The notes under the pieces: generated by a model
What the model was told of the DNA's origin: nothing
Seen by the model: only the letters and a program-made list of their open reading frames with translations
Database searches by the model: none
Made by a program: the position numbers and the translations under genes
IMG/VR virus record: IMGVR_UViG_3300007504_000006
Span: 1-64,000 of that record
Source of the DNA: a virus
Reading direction: 5' to 3' (one strand)
DNA length: 64,000 nucleotides
Shown here: positions 19,317 through 28,800 of the stretch, one piece after another
How the letters are laid out: each line of letters starts with the position of its first letter
Numbering within the stretch: the stretch's first letter is position 1

Positions 19317-21341
19317 TTATGCAACTGTTTGCCCTGCAAGTTTATAAATTTTACCTGTTCCTGTAGGAGCATATGATAATCGTGTTATAATATATAATTC
19401 TTTATTAATATCTTCTCCAAACCCTGTAATAAATTCGGTACCAACATCTATTGCTATAGGGTTTAATTGATTTATTTGATACATATCTGGTACTGGTTCC
19501 TTTAAGTAATATAATTTTCCCGAAGGATTGTTCCAATCTGTAGTCCAATCAGCAAAAACATATTTTCCAACTAATTCTGTACAAGTGGCTCCCCTATAAA
19601 CAACCCCACCTATAACTGATAGTCCATTAATTGCTCCGCCTGAATGTGTGTATGATGCAACAGGATTTTCAAAACCATTCATAAATGTATTAACATCTGT
19701 ACCTGCGGCAGTAGCAAGAGCAATACCATGATCTAAATCATATACATTATCTCCTTCTTTTACACTCCATCCATAGTTTTTACCATTTTTAACAATATCA
19801 ATTTCTTCTATAGTATTTTGTCCTACATCCCCTGTCCAACATTTTCCTGTAGTTTGATCTACACTGAGTCCGTATGGATTTCTAAATCCATAAGCGAATA
19901 TTTCTTCTTTATAAGTAGAATGATCTTTGTATGGATTATCTGTTGGTATAGCATAATTTGTATATGCTGATGAACCTATATCTACATTTATTCTTAAAAC
20001 TTTTCCTAATAAATTAGTTCTGTCTTGAGCTAAATGATCTGGATCACCTTGCCCTCCGCCGTCGCCTGTTCCAATATACAAAAACCCATCGGGCCCAAAA
20101 GTTATGGCGCCTCCATTATGGTTACTTGCAGGTTGATCAAATTGTAAAATAATTACCTCAGTACTAATATCTACTGTATCATCATTTGCAGGATCGGTAA
20201 CTGTATACCTAGCCAATATAGATTCGTGATCAATTCCTGCACCCGATTTTGCTTTAGAATAATAAACAAAAACCCAACCATTAGTATTATAACTAGGATG
20301 AAACGCTAATCCTAGTAAACCTCGTTCATCATAAGATGTACTTAAAGATTGTATAGTTGATGATAAATCTAAAAATGGAGTTGACAAAATGGTAGAACCT
20401 TTGTATACTTTAATTTTACCTGATTGTTCTGCAATGAATAATCTTTCATCATGACCTGTATTTGTTAATACAACAGGCCCTTCTAATCCAGTAGTATGAT
20501 CTAAAAATACATTTAAATTAACTGCCGTGTCATCTGAAATAAATCCGTTATCTTGTTCTGCCTCGTGGGCCACTAAATCACCAAAATCTACAGGAATTAA
20601 TCCGTAATCTGTTTTATTAAGGGTATAATCAGGTGTTCGTATTTTTATTTGGTTTGTGCCTTCTTCGCTAATAACAATACCATCACCTGCTAGTAATCTT
20701 TTAAATTCTAAATTAACATTACTTTTTTGTTTAAATATACCTATGCCTTCTGTATTTGTGCCGGCATTGCTTGCACTATTTGCTTCGCCACCTACTGCTC
20801 CTGGAGCAGTTTGCCATGTTAATGTTCCTGTGCCATCTGTCATTAAAAATTGACCAGATGTTCCAGCGGATGAAGGAAATGCTAATTCATTTAATTTTAA
20901 CGCACCACCTGCTCCTACTTCTATTTTTAAATCGGTGTTTAATGCAGATATAATTTTCTTTTCATTTAAATTTAAATCTCCCCCTAATACAGGAGTAGCA
21001 TCATTTTGAACGGCAGTAAATTGTTCTGTGTAAGCCAATGTTTGACTTGAACCAGGTATTGCCCTATATACTACAACGGCTGTTTCGCCTGCTTCTAATG
21101 ATGAACTAAATGCAATTTGTGTTCCACTTGCTAAATTTGTTACACTATAATCAACTCCTGGCTTTTGTGTAACACCATCTATTGTTACATCTAGTGCCGC
21201 AACATCTTTAGGAGAACCTGTTGTCAAGGTAAACGAAGTACCTGGGCCAGTAAATGTATCATACTGAAAGTCAGGTATATTTTGTATATCATCGTAATCA
21301 ACTGCGGCTAAAACCGCTTCATATCGTTGACCATAGTACAT
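19317..21341 (-). CDS. virion/fibre module fused to a PQQ-dependent glucose/sorbosone dehydrogenase-like beta-propeller
   Basis: C-terminal ~400 aa: RLFIAEQSG, ERGLLGLAFHP, NHNGGAITFGPDGFLYIGTGDGG, GKVLRI, AYGFRNPY, GDVGQ..EEID...GKNYGW. N-terminal ~270 aa are fibre-type modules. Confidence 0.85.
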   Translation of the reverse strand: MYYGQRYEAVLAAVDYDDIQNIPDFQYDTFTGPGTSFTLTTGSPKDVAALDVTIDGVTQKPGVDYSVTNLASGTQIAFSSSLEAGETAVVVYRAIPGSSQTLAYTEQFTAVQNDATPVLGGDLNLNEKKIISALNTDLKIEVGAGGALKLNELAFPSSAGTSGQFLMTDGTGTLTWQTAPGAVGGEANSASNAGTNTEGIGIFKQKSNVNLEFKRLLAGDGIVISEEGTNQIKIRTPDYTLNKTDYGLIPVDFGDLVAHEAEQDNGFISDDTAVNLNVFLDHTTGLEGPVVLTNTGHDERLFIAEQSGKIKVYKGSTILSTPFLDLSSTIQSLSTSYDERGLLGLAFHPSYNTNGWVFVYYSKAKSGAGIDHESILARYTVTDPANDDTVDISTEVIILQFDQPASNHNGGAITFGPDGFLYIGTGDGGGQGDPDHLAQDRTNLLGKVLRINVDIGSSAYTNYAIPTDNPYKDHSTYKEEIFAYGFRNPYGLSVDQTTGKCWTGDVGQNTIEEIDIVKNGKNYGWSVKEGDNVYDLDHGIALATAAGTDVNTFMNGFENPVASYTHSGGAINGLSVIGGVVYRGATCTELVGKYVFADWTTDWNNPSGKLYYLKEPVPDMYQINQLNPIAIDVGTEFITGFGEDINKELYIITRLSYAPTGTGKIYKLAGQTVA

Positions 21342-21673
21342 TAACTTCTCTCCAAAACACTTGCAAATATTTCACAATCTGTATGTGTAGCCGCAACTTT
21401 TAATGCGTCATCTGCTTCTAAGTTAATTGGCTTATCCAAACTCAATGTTGTATTCGGTGGTATAGGTACTTTAGATAATACTATGTTATCTGAAGTAGCA
21501 CTATTATCATACACTTTTAATGTAATTTGTACATTAGAAGTAGCATGTTTATTAGCAATATACAAACCATGAATAATTGCCGCGACTTGGTTTGCCGCAT
21601 TTGCTGTATACATTGTTTCGTCGGTATCTGCCGCCGAAATTGTATGACTTGCATTTTTAAATGAACTTGCCAT
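21341..21673 (-). CDS. small virion structural/adaptor protein
   Basis: MASSFKN..., IHGLYIAN, IPPNTTL, INLEADDAL, ASVLE; follows a gene ending AIAFAIAFA. Confidence 0.6.
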   Translation of the reverse strand: MASSFKNASHTISAADTDETMYTANAANQVAAIIHGLYIANKHATSNVQITLKVYDNSATSDNIVLSKVPIPPNTTLSLDKPINLEADDALKVAATHTDCEIFASVLERS

Positions 21674-21683
21674 ATTTTATCCG

Positions 21684-24600
21684 TTATGCGAATGCAATAG
21701 CAAAAGCAATTGCATCGTCTTCTTCTATATAAGCACTTCCGCCAGGTCCACTAACTGCTAAGTTACCTATCTGTATATTGTTGCCTTGTTGTATTACAGA
21801 AATACCTGTTCCTGCTGAAATAGAATGAAATTCTAAATCTACACCTGTTTTTTGTTTAAATACTCCAGTTCCTGTCCCAACATTAGATACAGTATTTGCT
21901 TCACCAGTAGAGGTATCAGGGGCAACACCTGGTTCCCATTTACTAGTTACTGAGTTCCATATTAATACATCATTATTTGCTGGAGCATTTGCATAATCTA
22001 CATCAGCAAGGTCACTTGCATTTTTAGATCCAAAATTTGTATCAACACGAGCCTCAGTATAATATTTATTTGTACTTCCTTCTATAACATTGTCTGTACT
22101 AATAGTTCCGCCAACTGTATAATTTGTTAAATCAGCTTCTCCAAGGTATCCTAATGCGGTTTTATTAGTAAATCCTATCGCGGCATTTGTTTCATCTACT
22201 GTTAATAAAAATGTATCTGATCCTGCAAAAGAAGCAGGAGTATCTGTTAACTCTAAAAATGTAGTAGTAGGTGGTTCTACAAATTCTAAATCAGCACCTG
22301 TTGCGGCAACTCTTAAATATTTTCCTGTTTGCCCGCTCATTGTACTAGGTGTATCAGTAAGCCCTGCAAAGGTTGTAATATCGTCGGGGGCATCAACAAA
22401 CTCCAATGCCGTGCCACCTGTATTAACTTTTATATATTTTCCAGCATCTCCGGTTGAAATACCTGGTGTATCTTGTAATGCAGAAAATGTATCAACTTGA
22501 ACTGGAGGATTAACAAACTCTAATCCTGTTTCATTTGCTTTAATTGCAATATACTTTCCACCTTCATTTGCCATAGTACTAGGTGTATCGTCTAAATTAA
22601 TAAAAGTCTTATCTGTAAAAATAAGACCCGTGGCACCCGAATTAACTGTTACTAATTTACCTTCGTTAGTTGAGTAAGTATTAGGTAAAACATCATTTAA
22701 ATTAATAAAATCTGTAATAGTTGTAGGAACATCTGTAAATTGTAATCCGGTTGCTCCGCTATTAACAATTAACATTTTTCCTACGTTACCAGAAAATGTT
22801 GGAGGAGTATCTGTTTGCCCAATAAATGTTGGATTACCATCTATAGTTACTGTAACGTTATCGCCTACTGCTGACGCATTTACTCCATCACCAACAAAAT
22901 CTAAATAACCGACTTCATATGTTAATGTAGTTCCTTCATTTCTAATGCTTACTTTAGGATAATCAGACCAAATAAATTTATTATTTGCAAAATCATATTG
23001 TAAAAATTTATCGTCATCGCCTTGTACTGGAGTATCAACATCAATTATTTGTCCTAAAGTTAATGCTTTCCATTTATATGAATTAGTTCCATAATCATAA
23101 TATAATACTTTTTCATCGTCTGCTTGTATTGATCCTGCTACATCTAACAATTGGGTTAGTGTGTAATCACGAAATTTAAACGAGGTAGTTGCATGATTAT
23201 AATATGCTATTTGTTGATCATTAGTGGAAGTCAGAGCATCTACATCTTCTAAATTTTTAAGTTCATAGGCTTTCCACTTAAACGATGTTGACGGATGATC
23301 ATAATATAAAAAATTAGTATCATTGCTTCCTGAAACAGGAGCAACATCATATAAATCAGTAAAATTTTCTTGTGTTACATTTTGTAAAAATGTTTGGTTT
23401 ATAAATTCTAAACCTGTACCATCATTTTTAACTTTTACAAAATATCCTGCCGAACCTGTATAATTTGCCGGAGTATCAGTTAAATCTATAAACTCATCAG
23501 GTACACTTACATCAGCAAATTCAAGTGACGTTTCATTAGTAGCAACTTTAACAAACTTTCCTGCTTGGCTAGTGTAAGTACTAGGGGTATCAGTTAAACC
23601 TGTAAAAACGGTTGCACCTGTTGCTGATTTATCATCTAATACCCAAGTACCATTTAAATATGAAATAATTTTACCATTGGATACACCAGTAACATTTACA
23701 TCTGTTAATCCTGCTAATGTATTAGATCCTGTATCTAATTGTGGAGTAAATTTTGTACCATCATATTTTAAAACTTGATTAAGAACAGGAGTTGTTGTGG
23801 TTGTATCTACATCTGTTAAATCATCTAATACAGTAGGTATAGATAATGTCGAATTTACCCATTTATTAGTAGTACCTGCAACCCAACGTAATACCTGATC
23901 AACTGTTGGCGAAGTTGTTGATGTATCTACATCTGTTAAATCATCAATACTAGCAGGAACAACGGTAAGTTCTTCTTTCCATTTTTGAGCAATTGAATTC
24001 CATCTTAAAAAATATCCATTAGTACTAACATTTAACGCCGAAGTATCAACATCTCGTATATCAGTTAAATCATCATCATCCTTATCAAAATAATTTTGGG
24101 TTGCATGATTAGTCCAAGCATGGGCGGCATCCCAATTAGTAATTTTTTGTTGGGTTATTCCAGACGAAACATGAGCACCAAATACAGGATCAGTTTCTGT
24201 ATAAGTTTTTAGGTATCCTTCAACACTATGATCTCCCCATCCGTGGGCTGTGTCCCAATCGGTAATTTTTGCAGTAGTAATATTACCTGCAGGTGAAGCA
24301 AGGAATACAGGATCTTGTTCGTCTAATGGTGTGTATGTAAAAACACCTGTTGTATTATCATACGTTAATGTTGATGTTGCATTTGCTGTTGCATTTGTTA
24401 CAGATAAATCTGTTAAATCTACAGTACCTGATGATCCCCATTCTAATGTCGAACCTGTCGAAGGGAATCGTAATACTTGTCCTGCCGCACCAATAACACC
24501 TGGTATTGTATATTTGCCATCAACAACAATATTGTTATTATTATCTACAATTTCATTTGTTATTGTTAATGTTTTTTGTTGCCATGTAATTGTTGCTCCG

Positions 24601-25880
24601 GACCCATCACCTGATCCGTTTGTATCTTGATTGAAATCATATAATTGTTCAGCAGTATCATTTGCCGCTACTATCTGTAAAAATGCTCCTGCTGAACCAT
24701 CGGTTATTCTGGTTCCAGTAGATTCACCATAAGTAATACCATTGGTATATATCTGACCTGAAGCATGTGTACCATCCGATACAGTTGAAAATTCAAATTG
24801 ACTGTTTACTAATGTTGCATTACTTGTATCAAATTTATATGTGCCTCCTGCAACAAAATTAAAAGATGTAATAGCAGTACCTGCTCCAACTATTCCTGTA
24901 GCATCTTCAAAAATATATTTTCCGCTGTCAAATTTTACATAATATGTTTGAGTAGTTATAGGAGGTGCAGTAGTTGTTAAAACAATACCATTACCTTCGG
25001 CTAAAGTTATTTCATCTACCGCTGTGGCTGTAAGTTTATCTTGGCCTGCTATATTCCAATGTTTAAACGTACTTTCCATAGCAATTTTCATTGCTTTGTT
25101 GCCTAAATCAGTTAATGCAAACCCGCTATCTACATCAAACTGTATCGATGTTATATCTGAATTAGTAACATTTGCACCAGTGCCTGTTTCTTTTACTTCT
25201 AAATTAAAAGTAGTACCGGTACCTCCTGTGAAGTTTTGTAAACCTTCGGCACCAATATATCTATATCCTTTGAGCAAATATACAGAATGTGTGTAAACTC
25301 CACTTGATTGTGTTAATAATGGATCTCTAAGATTTCCATTAGGATTACCTACCATTACAAATACACCAGATTCATAATCCCAGTAATATTCTTCATCTGT
25401 AGATTGTGGATATATTTCTTCGTAATCTTGTCTTGCTGTTAAGTCGTAATTACCATTACCTCCGCCAGCAAGTGCTATTGCAAATTTAGGCAAATATGTT
25501 GCACCATATGTTGCTCTAAGCCAATTAGTGAGTCTAGTAGTACCGTCACCTACTGTAGAACATGCAAGCCATGATCGTTGATCTGCTACAGTAGGATCTC
25601 GTGTTAATTCTATAACACCTGCAGATTCGCCAACTGCGGTACCTGCTACAGCACCATTTTTATATTGATAAGAATTAACAGTAGCAGTATTAACATCACT
25701 GGCGACAGCAGGTATTAAATGACTGTCTAACCATAAATTGTGGGTTGGATTTGGAATAGGACTAACTATGGCTTCGTTATTTGGTCCTTTCTCGTGGTCA
25801 AATGCCGTTCGAGCTTTACCATAATTGACTTTTTTATCAATCCTATTCGTGATTACATCATTTAAATTATATGTCGGCAT
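21684..25880 (-). CDS. long repetitive tail fibre-like protein (1398 aa)
   Basis: Many F..L.DTP.......GK...V.......LEF repeats and L.DLTDVD repeats; C-terminal DAIAFAIAFA. Confidence 0.75.
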   Translation of the reverse strand: MPTYNLNDVITNRIDKKVNYGKARTAFDHEKGPNNEAIVSPIPNPTHNLWLDSHLIPAVASDVNTATVNSYQYKNGAVAGTAVGESAGVIELTRDPTVADQRSWLACSTVGDGTTRLTNWLRATYGATYLPKFAIALAGGGNGNYDLTARQDYEEIYPQSTDEEYYWDYESGVFVMVGNPNGNLRDPLLTQSSGVYTHSVYLLKGYRYIGAEGLQNFTGGTGTTFNLEVKETGTGANVTNSDITSIQFDVDSGFALTDLGNKAMKIAMESTFKHWNIAGQDKLTATAVDEITLAEGNGIVLTTTAPPITTQTYYVKFDSGKYIFEDATGIVGAGTAITSFNFVAGGTYKFDTSNATLVNSQFEFSTVSDGTHASGQIYTNGITYGESTGTRITDGSAGAFLQIVAANDTAEQLYDFNQDTNGSGDGSGATITWQQKTLTITNEIVDNNNNIVVDGKYTIPGVIGAAGQVLRFPSTGSTLEWGSSGTVDLTDLSVTNATANATSTLTYDNTTGVFTYTPLDEQDPVFLASPAGNITTAKITDWDTAHGWGDHSVEGYLKTYTETDPVFGAHVSSGITQQKITNWDAAHAWTNHATQNYFDKDDDDLTDIRDVDTSALNVSTNGYFLRWNSIAQKWKEELTVVPASIDDLTDVDTSTTSPTVDQVLRWVAGTTNKWVNSTLSIPTVLDDLTDVDTTTTTPVLNQVLKYDGTKFTPQLDTGSNTLAGLTDVNVTGVSNGKIISYLNGTWVLDDKSATGATVFTGLTDTPSTYTSQAGKFVKVATNETSLEFADVSVPDEFIDLTDTPANYTGSAGYFVKVKNDGTGLEFINQTFLQNVTQENFTDLYDVAPVSGSNDTNFLYYDHPSTSFKWKAYELKNLEDVDALTSTNDQQIAYYNHATTSFKFRDYTLTQLLDVAGSIQADDEKVLYYDYGTNSYKWKALTLGQIIDVDTPVQGDDDKFLQYDFANNKFIWSDYPKVSIRNEGTTLTYEVGYLDFVGDGVNASAVGDNVTVTIDGNPTFIGQTDTPPTFSGNVGKMLIVNSGATGLQFTDVPTTITDFINLNDVLPNTYSTNEGKLVTVNSGATGLIFTDKTFINLDDTPSTMANEGGKYIAIKANETGLEFVNPPVQVDTFSALQDTPGISTGDAGKYIKVNTGGTALEFVDAPDDITTFAGLTDTPSTMSGQTGKYLRVAATGADLEFVEPPTTTFLELTDTPASFAGSDTFLLTVDETNAAIGFTNKTALGYLGEADLTNYTVGGTISTDNVIEGSTNKYYTEARVDTNFGSKNASDLADVDYANAPANNDVLIWNSVTSKWEPGVAPDTSTGEANTVSNVGTGTGVFKQKTGVDLEFHSISAGTGISVIQQGNNIQIGNLAVSGPGGSAYIEEDDAIAFAIAFA

Positions 25881-25881
25881 A

Positions 25882-28800
25882 TTAACTCCAATCCTCTACT
25901 GATATTGCGGTTACTGAATCTCCGTTTTCTATACCAAATCGTACTAGCACATGTTTATGAGTTGCTAAACCAGTATTTGCTGTTCCTAAATCTAAATTAG
26001 CATATGCATTTGTTAATACTGTATTAACCGCAAATGCTCCTTGGTCTGCGGCTGTACCTTGTCGTCTTACACCATCTGATCCGTTGCCGCCAGCACCTGT
26101 ATTTGATCCTGGAAATTCTGCTCCACCATATAATGTACTACAATCTAACCAACCATTTAAACCACTTGTGTTATCGGTATCGTATCCTGGAAATGCTATA
26201 TAAAGAGATGATACTTTTCCCGATATCTTAATAGCAAATTTTGCCATACTATTTCGTTGGAAACACATTGTAAAATATTGTGTAACACTAGACAGTCTAC
26301 CACCACCACCGAGATCTGCATTTGCAGGTAAGTAACCTGACGAAAAATCTTCTAGTGTGTGTTTAATTTCATTTAAATAACATCCTGCTTCATTTGTACC
26401 AGGTAATGTATCATTTTGACTATCCCATGCATATGTTGTATAATAATTGTTACTTGTATCTGTATAAGCAGGATAATCATGATCTGTTCCTGTCCAAGGA
26501 CCATTAATACGTATTAAATCTGGTGCTCCGCTAACTGCCGCACCTACAGTTATATTATTAGGTAATGCCGCTTCATCTAATGTTGGAGATTCGATCCAAT
26601 ACATTAATTTTGTAGTATCTGTGACATTAGCACCAGAACCATTTACGTTTTCTGCTCTTGATTTTATTTTTCCGTCTTTTCCTAATCCTGAACCATTTAT
26701 ATTAACAGTTAAATCATTTAATGTAACTGGGGTACTAACACCTACATTTTTATTAGGAACATATCCATGAAGATTTGTATGAGTTTTTACACTTGGAGGT
26801 AACATATCATCATGGGTATAAGTCTGGGTAGATATTGCAGTTCCAGTATCATTACTAATTGTAAGAGGTGTTGTTGTGTATCTATAAGTTTGCCCTGTAA
26901 GATTTGATAATGTTTGACCTGTTATAGATATACTAGCACCGGTATTATAAAACGCAATACCAGACATATATCTATATGTGGCTGTTCCTGCTACTGAAGT
27001 TCCCCATCCAGCAATTGTCGGAACATCAGTCATATCATCATATACCCATTTGGCTTGATAGGTTGATGTTCCATCATCGTGCTTTAATTGCATTGTATTG
27101 TAACCTATCGGAACTGTAGGGAAATGTACTTTTGCTACAAATTCTTTATAAAAATTATCAGGATAAGTGTTATGGTTTAAAAGATTTGCGTCACGTTCAG
27201 CAGTAATTTCTAATTGTCCGCTTGCATCTACATTTCCTGAACTATCATATCTGTTTACTTGAGGCGATCCATTAAACACTACCATACCATCTGGTGATCC
27301 ATCAGCTGATTCATTGATATGGGCTTTTAATGTTCCAGCATATGTACCATTTGATGGAAATTCGTTACTCCATTGCGTTGTATCAGAAACCATAGAAGAT
27401 GTTACTTGCCTGTTAACAGCGGTTGAGGCAGGTGGTGCCGAAGACCCGGCGGTATTATCATCTGTATCATCACATATGTGAGGTTGGGTACCTACACTGG
27501 ACGGAGGATTTATAGTAGAACCTGTTAACCCATCTGGTGCAGTAGGTGCTTTTCTTATTTCAATATAATCTGCTTTGTTTTCAGTATCATCAGTACCACC
27601 AGCATAACTATTATCTGTAGATGTAATTAATTTTACAGTTCGTAGTAATGGTGATCCTGTATTAGTATATGTATTAGTTGGATTTTCTGCTGAACTTGTA
27701 TTAGAATCTCCAAAATCCCACGAATATGCTGGGTTAAGAGAGACGCCATTATCTGTTAATCCTGTAGATGACCCTGTAAATTGTACAATATTAGATGCAC
27801 CATTAGCATCGGCTCCACCATTAACAGGATCATATTTTATAAAATCAAATCCTATTCGAGGATCTACATAATCAGGACTACCATTTGCTGAAGTATTTTG
27901 ATTTGTAAATGCTCCGCTAAATCCTGCTCTAGGATCTACATTAACTGTTATAGTTGTTACAGATGTTGTATCTGAATTATTAGAGCCTCTTAAATTTTGT
28001 GCTTTTAAGGTTACATCAAATGTTTCTGCAACAAGATCATCTGCTAAAGTAAAATAATGTTCTATATCATTGAGATAATCACCATCAACATTACTACCGC
28101 CTGTTACAACTGTATCGCTTGTTGAATCGCCCCAATCCCATGTAAATGTTGTATCTCCCCAAGTGCCTAAATTTGCAGAAGTATTTGTAAATCTTACAGG
28201 ATGTCCTTCTTGTGTATTAGTTGCACCTTGAGCATTAGTATCTCCAGATTCATCATTGTTACCTGTTATTAAGTTGTTTACATTAAAAGATGCAACAGGT
28301 TCTATATATCCGCTAATATGATCTGTTTTTTCTAAACTAGCAGTAGCACCTACACCTCCTTGGGCGGTTGTACTTCTACACCAAACTTTAGGAGACCATT
28401 GTGTATCTGCTGTAACCGTATTGCCACCTACATCATAATCATATGTGTGTGTTTTTGTAGATGCCCATTCGATCCAATTTGATTCAACATGAGCATTATC
28501 ACCATTAGTATTAGCACTTGCAGGAAATTTTGAACCGTCTCCAAATTCAATCATCCAATAATGTGTATACAACGATGCTGATGTATCAAATTCTATTTCT
28601 CTACCTGCTTGTGGGCCTCCTAGATCAACTACTGTATCATTATTTGTTGTAGTCCATGCAGGTTCAGGTGCAGGTGTCCATAGTTCAACTGCGGCATCTT
28701 TTTTATAAATCGAATAACTACCCTCTGTTAATCCTGTTGTACCTGTTGCAGATTGACATTTTAATGTCATAGTTACATTAATATCACCACCTGCAACAGA

